DNA of 64,000 nucleotides from Candidatus Eiseniibacteriota bacterium (GTDB lineage: Bacteria; Eisenbacteria; RBG-16-71-46). A model generated the notes under the pieces. That model did not search any database, had not been told where the DNA came from, and saw only the letters and a list, made by a program, of their open reading frames with translations. This document shows, piece by piece, positions 37,512 to 46,963 of this stretch (positions within the stretch are counted from its first letter, which is position 1; each line of letters starts with the position of its first letter). The stretch spans positions 256,001 to 320,000 of the forward strand of contig CAVUWA010000002.1 in NCBI GenBank assembly GCA_963744995.1. Direction: 5' to 3'. The position numbers were made by a program, and so were the translations under genes.

Positions 37512-38843
37512 ATGGATCCCGAACCCGTTCGCCTGCACGCGCGCCGCGTGGTGACCCCCGGCGGGGTGATCGACGCCGTCGTCGAGACCGCCGGCGGCCG
37601 CATCCTTTCGGTGACGCCCGCCGGCGCCGCCGCCCCCGGCGCGCGCGATCTCGGCAATCTGGTGCTCATGCCCGGCGTGGTGGACACGCACGTGCACGTG
37701 AACGCGCCGGGCCGCGAGGCATGGGAGGGCTGGCGCACGGCGTCGCGCGCCGCCGCGGCCGGCGGCGTGACGACGATCGTGGACATGCCGCTCAACTCGA
37801 TTCCCGCGACCCTCGACGCCGCCGCGCTCGATGCGAAGCGCGCGTGTGCCGCACGGGAGTCCATCGTGGACTTCGGCTTCTGGGGTGGCGTCGTGCCGGG
37901 CAATACCGTTGCGCTCGAAGGGCTGGCCGCCGCAGGCGCCCTGGGCTTCAAGTGCTTTCTCGTGGATTCGGGTGTGCCGGAGTTTCCCGCCGTGATCCAG
38001 GCCGATCTCGACCTCGCCATGCCGGTGGTCGCGAAGCTCGACCTGCCGCTGCTGGTGCATGCCGAGTGGCCGGCGACGCTCGCCGCCCATGCCGCGCACC
38101 TGGCGACGGGCGAGCCGCGCCGCCACGCGACGTGGCTCGCGAGCCGGCCGCCCGAGGCGGAGCTGGACGCGATCCGCGCGATGCTCCGGCTCTGCGAACG
38201 GCACGGCACGCGCGTTCACGTCGTCCACCTGGCGAGCGCGGCCGCGCTCGACGACCTGCGCGCGGCGCGCGCGCGCGGCCTGCCGGTCACGGTCGAGACG
38301 TGTCCGCACTATCTGACCTTCGACGCCGCATCGATTCCCGACGGCGCGACCGAGTTCAAGTGCGCGCCGCCGATCCGCGACGCGGCCAACCGCGAGGCGC
38401 TGTGGCGCGCGCTCGTGGCAGGCGACGTCGACATGGTGGCGTCGGATCATTCTCCGTGTCCGCCGGCGCTCAAGCGCCGCGAGAGCGGAGACTTCGCCGG
38501 CGCCTGGGGTGGCATCGCGTCGCTCGAGCTGTCGCTCGCCGCGGTGTGGACCGGCGCGCGCGCGCACGGCGCGAACCTGGCGGACCTTGCGCGCTGGATG
38601 TGCGAACGCCCGGCGACGCTCGCCGGACTGGGCGCCGCGAAGGGCATGATCGCCCCCGGCTTCGACGCGGATCTGGTCGCGTGGGATCCCGACGCGGCAT
38701 GGACCGTGGACCCGGTGCGGCTCGAGCAGCGTCATCCGGTGACCCCGTACGCGGGCTGCAGGCTCCACGGGCAGGTGATCGAAACCTGGGTGCGCGGCAC
38801 GCCGGCCGGCGCCACCGCCGGCCTCGAGGTCGCCCGCGCCTGA
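37512..38843 (+). CDS. allB: Allantoinase
   Basis: PGVVDTHVHVNAPGR.AWEG, DMPLNSIP, FKCFL, HAE, HVVHL, ETCPHYL, FKCAPPIR and SDHSPCPP; purine-catabolic context. Confidence 0.92.
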   Translation: MDPEPVRLHARRVVTPGGVIDAVVETAGGRILSVTPAGAAAPGARDLGNLVLMPGVVDTHVHVNAPGREAWEGWRTASRAAAAGGVTTIVDMPLNSIPATLDAAALDAKRACAARESIVDFGFWGGVVPGNTVALEGLAAAGALGFKCFLVDSGVPEFPAVIQADLDLAMPVVAKLDLPLLVHAEWPATLAAHAAHLATGEPRRHATWLASRPPEAELDAIRAMLRLCERHGTRVHVVHLASAAALDDLRAARARGLPVTVETCPHYLTFDAASIPDGATEFKCAPPIRDAANREALWRALVAGDVDMVASDHSPCPPALKRRESGDFAGAWGGIASLELSLAAVWTGARAHGANLADLARWMCERPATLAGLGAAKGMIAPGFDADLVAWDPDAAWTVDPVRLEQRHPVTPYAGCRLHGQVIETWVRGTPAGATAGLEVARA

Positions 38844-38951
38844 CGCCCGGCCCGCCAATGCGGGCTTTCCCCGCGGCAGCGCCAGGTCCTAGAATTGAGC
38901 TCCGCCCCTCTGCGCCGAGACGCGGCGCGCGGTTCACCCCTCGGGAACCCG

Positions 38952-40820
38952 ATGAAGCCGGTCCTCCTCTTCCATCTCGCCGAAGATGAAGCTGCCGCAC
39001 GCGCGTTCGCGGCGGCGGCGGGCGGCGTCGCGTCACCCCCCGTCCAGGCATGCCGGGTCGATTCGCTCGACGCGCTGCTCGAAGCCCTCGCTGATGAACG
39101 TGCCGCATGCGCGTTCGTCGCCGCCGGGCGTCTCTGCGCGGATCCCGGCGAGGCGGCGCGCCGGATCGTGACCGCCGCGCGCGGCCGGCCGGTGATCGTA
39201 TGCGGCGCGCCGCGCGACGCCGACGTCGAACACGCCCTGTGCGAGGCGGGGGTGCACGAGCGCCTGACGTCTCCCTTGCCCGACGCCGTGGCGATCGCGC
39301 GGGCGGCCCGCTACGGGGCTCTGTTCATGGCCGTGTTCGAGCACCTCGGCGCGGATGCAGCGCGCTACCGGGACTTCTTCATCAACGACCTCACCGCCGA
39401 CTACGTCACGACGCCGGAAGGCCGCATCATCGACTGCAATCCGGAATTCGTGCGCATGTTCGGTTTCGAGTCGCGCGAGCAGGTCCTGCGCACCCGCCCG
39501 GAGGCCATGTATCCGAATCCGGCGGCGCGCGTGGCGCTGATGGACCGGCTGCGCGCGGAAGGCCGGCTGGAGCGCATGGAGCTGGAGCTGCGCCGGGTGG
39601 ACGGCACGCCGATCCACGCCATCGAGAACATGGTCGGCCAGTTCGACGCCCACGGCACGCTGATCGGCGTCTATGGCTACCTGTTCGACATCACCGAGCG
39701 CGTAGGCCTGGAACGGCGCCTCGCGCAGGCGCACAAGATGGAGGCCATCGGCCGGCTCGCCGGCGGCGTCGCGCACGACTTCAACAATCTGCTCACCGTG
39801 ATCCTCGGTCAGTCGCAAAGCCTGGCCGCGGACGAGGGCCTGTCGCCCGCCCTGGCGGCCGGACTCGCCGACATCACCGCTGCCGCGGAGCGCGCCGCCG
39901 CGCTCACCCGGCAGCTGCTTGCGTTCAGTCGCGGGCAGGTGCTGGAGAGGGAGGTACTCGACCTCAATACGCTGATCCGCGGTGCCGCCGGCGTGCTCGA
40001 GCGGCTGCTGCCCGCCGGCGTGCGACTCGACATCGGCTGCGGGGAAGGGCTGTGGCCGATCGAAGCGAATCCGGGGCAGATCGAGCAGGTGCTGTGGAAT
40101 CTGGTGGTGAACGCGCGCGATGCCATGCCCGACGGCGGCACGATCACGATCCGGACCTGCAACGTCGAGTCCGCGGCCGGCAACGCGGTGCGGCTGCGGG
40201 TGAGCGACACCGGCATCGGCATCAGCAGGAGCGACGCGTCGCGGGTCTTCGATCCGTTCTTCACCACCAAGGAAACGGGCAAGGGCACCGGGCTCGGCCT
40301 GTCCATGGTCTATTCGATCGTGCAGCAGGCGGGCGGCCGGATCACGCTGGCATCGGACGATGGGCCCGGCGCGGCGTTCGAGATCGATCTGCCCCGCAGT
40401 CAGGGGCGTCTCCGCCCGCGCGCGCCGGAGGCGCGGGGCGCCGAGCGCCGGCGCGGGCGCGGCCGCAAGGTCATGGTGGTGGACGACGAGCCCGCGGTGC
40501 GCCGACTGGTCGCGGAGATGCTCACGCGCGCGGGCTACGAAGTGGTCGTGGCCGCCTCGGGTCAAGAGGCGCTGGACTGTCTCGCCAGGCATGCAGACGT
40601 CGCCCTGCTGATCACCGACGTTGCGATGCAGGGGATCGACGGGCTGGATCTCGCACGCCGTGCCCGCGACACGCGCCCGGACCTCGCCGTGCTCTACATG
40701 ACCGGCTACGGCGAGGGCGCCGTGGTCGCGACCGGGGAGCAGCGCACGGAGATGATCCTCAAGCCGTTCGGGATCGAGGCCCTCGACCGCAAGATCGACG
40801 CCGCGCTCGCCACCGGATGA
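38952..40820 (+). CDS. Cytoplasmic hybrid histidine kinase (pseudo-REC, PAS, HisKA, HATPase, REC)
   Basis: PAS (IIDCNPEF..MFG); GRLAGGVAHDFNNLL; NARDAM, DTGIG, FDPFFTTK and GTGLGL; C-terminal REC. Confidence 0.92.
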   Translation: MKPVLLFHLAEDEAAARAFAAAAGGVASPPVQACRVDSLDALLEALADERAACAFVAAGRLCADPGEAARRIVTAARGRPVIVCGAPRDADVEHALCEAGVHERLTSPLPDAVAIARAARYGALFMAVFEHLGADAARYRDFFINDLTADYVTTPEGRIIDCNPEFVRMFGFESREQVLRTRPEAMYPNPAARVALMDRLRAEGRLERMELELRRVDGTPIHAIENMVGQFDAHGTLIGVYGYLFDITERVGLERRLAQAHKMEAIGRLAGGVAHDFNNLLTVILGQSQSLAADEGLSPALAAGLADITAAAERAAALTRQLLAFSRGQVLEREVLDLNTLIRGAAGVLERLLPAGVRLDIGCGEGLWPIEANPGQIEQVLWNLVVNARDAMPDGGTITIRTCNVESAAGNAVRLRVSDTGIGISRSDASRVFDPFFTTKETGKGTGLGLSMVYSIVQQAGGRITLASDDGPGAAFEIDLPRSQGRLRPRAPEARGAERRRGRGRKVMVVDDEPAVRRLVAEMLTRAGYEVVVAASGQEALDCLARHADVALLITDVAMQGIDGLDLARRARDTRPDLAVLYMTGYGEGAVVATGEQRTEMILKPFGIEALDRKIDAALATG

Positions 40821-40869
40821 TGGGCTATCATCGGCGGTCCACCCACGACTGCATCCGGAGTACGACCTC

Positions 40870-42120
40870 TTGATCGAACCGGCGGTTCTGACAGACACGC
40901 TGGTCCGGCTCGGCCGTTTCTCGGCGCCCGGGCCGGGCGTCACCCGCCTCGCCTACGACGACGCATGGTGCGACGCCCAGCGCTGGCTGGCCGAACAGGC
41001 GCGCGAGCTGGGCCTTGCCGCTACGCCGGACGCGGCGGGCAACCTGTTCTTCCACCCGCCGGAGCTCGCGCCCGGCAGTCGCGTCGTGCTCGTCGCCTCG
41101 CACCTCGACACCGTGCGCGAAGGCGGACTCTACGACGGCGCGTTCGGCGCCGTGTGCGGTCTGTTCGCTGCCGCCGACCTCGCCGGCAGTGGCGCGCTGC
41201 CGGTGGTCGGCATGGTGACCGCGGAGGAGGAGGGCAGCCGCTTCGCCGGCGACATGCTCGGCACCCGCGCTTTCCTCGGCCGCGTGGATCCCGCCGAGCT
41301 CGACGCGACCCGCGATGCGCAGGGCACGACCTGGCGCGCGGCGCTCGCCCATGCCGCGGCGCGCGGCTGCGCGGCCGCGCTCGCCATGGGCGCGCGACCG
41401 TGTCCGCCGCTGTTCGAGCCCGCGGCGATGATCGAGGCGCACATCGAGCAGGGGCCCGTGCTGGAAGCCGAACGTCTCGCGCTCGGCATCGTCGAGCAGG
41501 TGATCGGCTACCGGCGCGTGCGCGCGACCCTCACCGGCGCGGCGCGACACGCGGGCACGACACCGATGCGGCTCAGGAAGGATGCGCTCGCCGCGGCCGC
41601 GGAGATGATCCTCATCGTCGAGGACGCGGCGCGCGAGATGGGCGACCCGGCGGTGGCGACCACCGGAAACGCGCAGGTCCGCCCCGGCCTCTACAACGTC
41701 GTCCCGGGCGCCTGCGAGCTGTGGATCGAGATGCGCCACGTCGATGCCCGGCACCTCGCGGCGCTCCACGGCACGATCCTCGAGCGCTGCGGCGCGGCCG
41801 CCGCGCGGCGCGGCGTCGCCGCGAAGTTCGAAGGGATCGCGGGGCTCGATCCATGCCCGCTCTCGCCGCCGATGGTGCAGGAAGCCGAAGCGCTCGCCGG
41901 CGAACTCGGGGTTCCGCACCGGCGCATGGTGAGCGGCGCCGGTCACGACGCGATGGTGTTCGCCGCCGCCGGCGTCCCCACGGTCATGTTCTTCGTGCCG
42001 AGCGCGGGCGGCATCAGCCATGCGCCGGAAGAGCACACCGACGCGGCCGCGCTGTGGGCCGGCTACGCGTTCCTGCGCGAGTACGCGCGTCGCATGCGCC
42101 GCATCCCGGGGCCGGCGTGA
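40870..42120 (+). CDS. allC: Allantoate amidohydrolase (M20 hydantoinase/carbamoylase family)
   Basis: SHLDTV..GG.YDG, EEEGSRF, EAHIEQGPVLE, HAGTTPM, SGAGHDA and GGISH.PEE; context next to allB and uraD. Confidence 0.85.
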   Translation: MIEPAVLTDTLVRLGRFSAPGPGVTRLAYDDAWCDAQRWLAEQARELGLAATPDAAGNLFFHPPELAPGSRVVLVASHLDTVREGGLYDGAFGAVCGLFAAADLAGSGALPVVGMVTAEEEGSRFAGDMLGTRAFLGRVDPAELDATRDAQGTTWRAALAHAAARGCAAALAMGARPCPPLFEPAAMIEAHIEQGPVLEAERLALGIVEQVIGYRRVRATLTGAARHAGTTPMRLRKDALAAAAEMILIVEDAAREMGDPAVATTGNAQVRPGLYNVVPGACELWIEMRHVDARHLAALHGTILERCGAAAARRGVAAKFEGIAGLDPCPLSPPMVQEAEALAGELGVPHRRMVSGAGHDAMVFAAAGVPTVMFFVPSAGGISHAPEEHTDAAALWAGYAFLREYARRMRRIPGPA

Positions 42121-42623
42121 CGCTCGCCGAGCTCAACGCGCTGCCTGCCGAGGAAGCGTGGCGCGCGCTCGAGCCCTGCTGCGGGGCGGGCGCATGGGTC
42201 GAAGCGATGGTGGCCGCGCGACCGTTCGCGGACGCCGCGGCGCTGCAGGCGGCGAGCGCCGCCGCATTCGCCGGGCTCGCGCGTCGCGACTGGCTCGAAG
42301 CGTTCGCGCACCATCCGAAGATCGGCGACGTGGCGTCGCTCCGTGAAAGATTCGCGGCGACGGCGGCATGGGCCGGCGAAGAGCAGCAGGGTGCGGCCGC
42401 GGCGGACGATGCGACGCTCGAAGCGCTCGCGCGCGGCAACGCCGACTACGAGGCGCGCTTCGGGCACATCTTCATCGTGTGCGCGACGGGCAGGACGGCT
42501 GCGGAGATGCTGGCGCTGCTGAACGCGCGCCTCGGCAACGATCCGGCCGCCGAGCTGCGCATCGCCGCGACCGAGCAGGCGAAGATCACCGCGCTGCGGC
42601 TGGCGAAGGCGGTGAGCGGATGA
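42117..42623 (+). CDS. uraD: OHCU decarboxylase
   Basis: AFAHHPKIG, EQ.G, N..YEARFG.IFIVCATG and EQ.KIT.LRL. Confidence 0.93.
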   Translation: MTLAELNALPAEEAWRALEPCCGAGAWVEAMVAARPFADAAALQAASAAAFAGLARRDWLEAFAHHPKIGDVASLRERFAATAAWAGEEQQGAAAADDATLEALARGNADYEARFGHIFIVCATGRTAAEMLALLNARLGNDPAAELRIAATEQAKITALRLAKAVSG

Positions 42624-43064
42624 TCGAGGTGCGGCGCGCCTGGCCCGCGGACGGACCGGAGTGGGAACGTCTGCGGCAGGCGCTGTGGCCTGCACCGGAA
42701 GGCGAGCATCGTCGCGAGATCGAGACGTTCTTCCTCGGCGAACCGCGCGAACGACGCCGAGACGCTGCTGGCGTACGACGGGGACGCCGTGATGGGCTTC
42801 GTCGAGCTCACGATCCGCAACCGGGCCGAGGGCTGCGCGACGCAGCGCATCGCCTACCTCGAGGGCTGGTACGTCGAGCCCGAGGCGCGCCGCCGCGGGA
42901 TCGGCGCCGCACTGGTGCGCGCCGCCGAGGCGTGGGGGCGCGAGATGGGCTGCACCGAGTTCGCCTCCGATGCCGACCCCGGCAACGAAGCAGGCCTCGC
43001 CGCGCACCGCGCGCTCGGCTTCGCAGAGGTCGGGCGCGCGGTGTGTTTCGCGAAGGAGCTGTAG
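42620..43064 (+). pseudogene. AAC(6')-I-like GNAT acetyltransferase, one frameshift near 42749
   Basis: W..LR.ALWP in one frame; GFVEL.IR..AEGC...IAYLEGWYV and GCTEFASD....N......HRALGF in another; span is 445 nt (3n+1). Confidence 0.75.
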
Positions 43065-43082
43065 CAGGGGGGAGGGACGATC

Positions 43083-44135
43083 ATGGCATCCGACGCGCCG
43101 GGCGACGGACCGGGTCCCGAAGAACTCGCGCCGGCGGACGGCGCAGGAGCGGCGTCTGCGACCGGCGCCGGTGATGATGGAGGTCACGCTCGACCACCGC
43201 GCAAACACGGCGCACTGCGGGCGACGGGTTTCCTGCTGGCGATGCTCGGGCTGAGCCTCATCGCCGTGCCGCTGCTGACGTGGCCGCTGGCGGATCTGAT
43301 GGCGCGCGCGCTCACCGTCGTCGGCATCCATACGCCTGGACCGTCCCGATCTTCGGTGTTGCAGTGGGCGCTCTCCTACGACGCGCTGCCGCAGACCTTC
43401 GTCGCCATGATCGTTCCCGCCGAATTGCTGCTCCTCGGCCTGGCGAGCGTCGGGGCCGTGTGGCTCGGCGGCGACTCGAACGACCGGCTGGGGCTGCTGC
43501 GGCCGCGCGGCGGTTCGAGGGTGATCGTGCTGGCGCTGGTGACTCAGCTCCTCGTGCTCTCCCTCGGGGCTTTACTACAGGTGCTGATCCTGTCTACCCA
43601 TGACCGGGCCTGGGTGCCCCCCGATCGTTTCACCTGGATGATGCGTCAGGCGTCGCTCCCGTGGTGGATCACCGTCGTCTGCGTCATGGCTGTTCTGCCG
43701 GGATTCTGCGAGGAGGTGTTCTATCGTGGCCTCATCCAGCGCAGACTGCTGCTCTCGTGGTCGCCATGGATGGCCATCGTGGTCATCGGGCTGATCTTCG
43801 CCGCGTCGCACCCGCCCCTCGGGCGCAGCATCGCGCTGCTGCCGGGGAGCCTCTGGATCGGCTACGTGGCGTGGCGCACGGATTCGACCCTGCCGGGCGT
43901 GATCCTGCACGCGTGCACGAACGCCGGAGTCCAGAGCCTGGCCCGGTTCGTTCATGTGGAGCCCCGGGCGCTCGAGGAGCCATCGCGCTGGACCATCGCT
44001 CTCTGGATCGCGGCCATCGCGTCGGTGTGTCTGGGACTCGCGCTCGTGCTGCACCGTTGGACCTCGCCTGCCGTCTCGCCCGCGTCGCCGGCGCGTCCTA
44101 CAATGCTGCCTGACCCGAACCCGGGAGGACCATGA
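43083..44135 (+). CDS. CPBP (Abi/CAAX) intramembrane metalloprotease
   Basis: PGFCEEVFYRG, IFAASH and ILHACTN; multiple TM segments. Confidence 0.85.
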   Translation: MASDAPGDGPGPEELAPADGAGAASATGAGDDGGHARPPRKHGALRATGFLLAMLGLSLIAVPLLTWPLADLMARALTVVGIHTPGPSRSSVLQWALSYDALPQTFVAMIVPAELLLLGLASVGAVWLGGDSNDRLGLLRPRGGSRVIVLALVTQLLVLSLGALLQVLILSTHDRAWVPPDRFTWMMRQASLPWWITVVCVMAVLPGFCEEVFYRGLIQRRLLLSWSPWMAIVVIGLIFAASHPPLGRSIALLPGSLWIGYVAWRTDSTLPGVILHACTNAGVQSLARFVHVEPRALEEPSRWTIALWIAAIASVCLGLALVLHRWTSPAVSPASPARPTMLPDPNPGGP

Positions 44136-44479
44136 GCGCCATCACCACCCACGTGCTCGACCTCGAGCTCGGCCGCCCCGCCGCGGGCGTCGCCGTGCGG
44201 CTCGAAGTGTTCGTGCCCGACCGCGACGTGTGGGTCGAGCTCGCGAAACGGACGACCGACGCCGACGGCCGCGTGAAGGACCTGCTGCAGCCAGGGGCGC
44301 CGCCCGATCAGGGGTGCCACCGCATCACGTTCGACACCGGCGCATATTTCCGGGCGCGCGACGCGAAGACGTTCTACCCGTCGGTCACGGTCGAGTTCGA
44401 GATCACCGACCCTGCTCAGCACCATCACGTGCCGCTGCTGCTCAGCCCGTTCGGGTATTCGACGTACCGGGGGAGCTGA
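44132..44479 (+). CDS. uraH: 5-hydroxyisourate hydrolase (transthyretin-like)
   Basis: ITTHVLD, T.ADGR and HHHVPLLLSPFGYSTYRGS C-terminal signature. Confidence 0.96.
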   Translation: MSAITTHVLDLELGRPAAGVAVRLEVFVPDRDVWVELAKRTTDADGRVKDLLQPGAPPDQGCHRITFDTGAYFRARDAKTFYPSVTVEFEITDPAQHHHVPLLLSPFGYSTYRGS

Positions 44480-44547
44480 TGACGCGCAGCGGGGTGCAGG
44501 CCGTGCCGGGGACGCTGAAGGATGCCGCCGATGCCATGGTCGCCGCC

Positions 44548-45354
44548 ATGAAAGCGCCGGACGTTCTCGCCGCCGCCCTCCTCGCCCTCCTACTCCCCGC
44601 CGCCTGCGCCTCCGCGCCCGCCGGCCACTACGCGAACGTCAACGGCATCCGCATGTACTACGAGATCCACGGCTCGGGGCCGCCGCTGCTGCTGCTCCAC
44701 GGCGGGCTCGGCAACGGCATGCAGTTCGAGAAGCAGGTGCCGGCGTTCGAGAAGACGCACGAGGTGATCGTGCCCGACTGCCGCGCGCAGGGCCGCACCA
44801 CCGACGGCGACGTGCCGCTCACCTATCACCTGCTGGCCGAGGACGCGATCGCGCTGCTCGACACGCTGCACATTCGACGCGTGGATGTGATGGGCTGGAG
44901 CGACGGCGGCAACATGGGGCTCGACATGGCAATCCATCATCCGGACCGCGTCGGCCACCTGGTGACGTTCGGCGCGAATTTTGCGCCCGACGGCGTGAAC
45001 GCCCCGGACGTCGCATGGGCCGAGACCGCGACGGCCGAGAGTCTGGGCGCCGGCATGAAAGAAGCCTGGACGAAGCTCAACCCGCAGCCGGAACACTACG
45101 AAGTCGCGATGAACAGGATCCTCACCATGTGGCGCACCGAGCCGCACTTCACGCCCGCCGAGCTGCACTCGATCCGCGCGAAGACGCTGATCTGCGCGGG
45201 CGAGCACGACGTGGTGCGGCGCGAGCACACCGAGGCGCTCGCGCGCGCGATTCCCGGAGCGACGCTGTGGATCGTGCCGGGCGCCTCGCACGGCGCGATG
45301 CTGGAGCAGCCGGAGCTGGTGAACGCCAGAGTGCTGGAGTTCCTCGCGCACTGA
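44548..45354 (+). CDS. Secreted alpha/beta-fold hydrolase
   Basis: LLLLHGG, GWSDGG nucleophile elbow, GEHD and SH; signal peptide; alternative start at 44479. Confidence 0.88.
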   Translation: MKAPDVLAAALLALLLPAACASAPAGHYANVNGIRMYYEIHGSGPPLLLLHGGLGNGMQFEKQVPAFEKTHEVIVPDCRAQGRTTDGDVPLTYHLLAEDAIALLDTLHIRRVDVMGWSDGGNMGLDMAIHHPDRVGHLVTFGANFAPDGVNAPDVAWAETATAESLGAGMKEAWTKLNPQPEHYEVAMNRILTMWRTEPHFTPAELHSIRAKTLICAGEHDVVRREHTEALARAIPGATLWIVPGASHGAMLEQPELVNARVLEFLAH

Positions 45355-45369
45355 GCGCAGGTGCGGCCC

Positions 45370-46680
45370 CTACGGCAGATCCCCGACCCGCGGACACGGG
45401 AACGTCCGGTCGCCCAGCTTCCAGTCGAGACGTTCGAGCTTGCCGCCCGTGCCGCCCACCGCCTTCACGGTGCCGAAGTCGCGGAGCGAGAAGAACGTCG
45501 AATCCGACGTGGCGACCAGCGCCCAGCCGTTGACGTCGAGCCCCGTGGGCGTCGCGGTCACCGGGAGGCGCGGGTTGCCGACGATGTCGTAGAGGCCCTC
45601 GTAGGATTCGAGCACCACCGGGTCGACGTTCGCGGCGTGCGCGGGCGGCAGCAGGGGCGCCTCGGGGATACTGTCCCCGAGCAGCGCCCATACCGCGCCG
45701 CGCATCTGATCCACGGCGCCGCAATGCAGATTGCCGGCGAAGATCACCATGTCGCCGCTCGTGGTGTCGTAGTCGGCGAACGCACGGTAGCCGTTGGTGC
45801 TGCCGTTCCACTCCACCCGCGCGCCGTGCACGACGGACCGCCGCACGCTCTCGCCCAGCTCGCCGCTCACCGCGGCCCACAACAGGCGATGCAGGTCGCG
45901 CGGCGTGGAGAACACCGCGCCCGCACCGACCAGGAACGAGTAGTCCTGGTCCGGGGCCGCCTGCACGCCGCCCGCGACGGGCACGTAGCTCGCCGCCCGC
46001 GTCGCCGCGGGCGCTCCGGGGCCGGGGTGGAACGTGTGCTGCAGCCCGAGCGGCTCGACGATACGTTCGCGCAGCAGTTCGCCGTAGGGCTTCCCGCCCG
46101 CGAGTTCCAGCACCCGCGCGAGGACGGAGTAGCCCGCGGAGCTGTACGAGCTCCTCTCGCCCGGACGGAACATGAGCGGGGCCTTCTTCGCGAATTCGAC
46201 CATGTCGGACGCGGTGTGCGGCACGGTCTCGTCGGCATCCGTCGTTACGCGGTGCGGAATTCCGGCACGGTGCCTGAGCAGATGCCCGATGGTGATGCTG
46301 TCGCCGTGCGGAAAGTCCGGAATCCACTTCGACAGCGTGTCCCTGAGGCCGAGCTTCTCTTCTTCCATGAGCTGAATCGCGAGGATCACCGTCATCGGCT
46401 TGTTGATGGAGGCGATGCAGGAGGGGAGGTCGGGCGCGTTGGCGAGCCCCGCCTTTTCGTCCGCCATACCCCACGACCGCTCGAGGATCACCGAGTCGCC
46501 GTGCGCCACGAGCAGGTTGCCGGACAACAGGTCGTGCTCGACGAGTGGCCTCGCCCACGCGTCGAGCCTGGACCCGATCGAGGCGGGCGCCGCAACGGCG
46601 GCGGGGACGGTGAGGATCAGTGCGGTGAGCGCGGGCAGCAGCCGCGCCACGACACGGCGCAGGGCCTCGAAACGGGGCAT
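45370..46680 (-). CDS. Serine hydrolase, beta-lactamase (class C/PBP-like) family
   Basis: Signal peptide; SINK (SxxK), LLRHRAG and YSSAGY motifs. Confidence 0.85.
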   Translation of the reverse strand: MPRFEALRRVVARLLPALTALILTVPAAVAAPASIGSRLDAWARPLVEHDLLSGNLLVAHGDSVILERSWGMADEKAGLANAPDLPSCIASINKPMTVILAIQLMEEEKLGLRDTLSKWIPDFPHGDSITIGHLLRHRAGIPHRVTTDADETVPHTASDMVEFAKKAPLMFRPGERSSYSSAGYSVLARVLELAGGKPYGELLRERIVEPLGLQHTFHPGPGAPAATRAASYVPVAGGVQAAPDQDYSFLVGAGAVFSTPRDLHRLLWAAVSGELGESVRRSVVHGARVEWNGSTNGYRAFADYDTTSGDMVIFAGNLHCGAVDQMRGAVWALLGDSIPEAPLLPPAHAANVDPVVLESYEGLYDIVGNPRLPVTATPTGLDVNGWALVATSDSTFFSLRDFGTVKAVGGTGGKLERLDWKLGDRTFPCPRVGDLP

Positions 46681-46963
46681 GGTGATCCTCCCTCGCGGTT
46701 CAGCCGGCGCGCAGGTGGGTGCACCCTGGCACGTGCTCCGGCGGATACACCCCTTGGACCCGCTCCGGCGGGGCAGGGTTGGAAACAGGCCCGCCGGGCC
46801 GCGTCGCGACAGGTCTGTTTCACCCCGGGACCCTGCTGCTCTAGAATCTATGCACACCATTTCCACGCGAACGTCGGGATACCAGCGGCCGGCACTGCCC
46901 GAGCGGCGGTCGGCGTATGTGCACCCCCGGCGCGCGGCACATCCTGAAAGGCTGACCCCGACC

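Noticed and set aside
45370..46680. True beta-lactamase resistance gene
   Set aside because: Only generic serine-hydrolase motifs; the family is mostly esterases and peptidases
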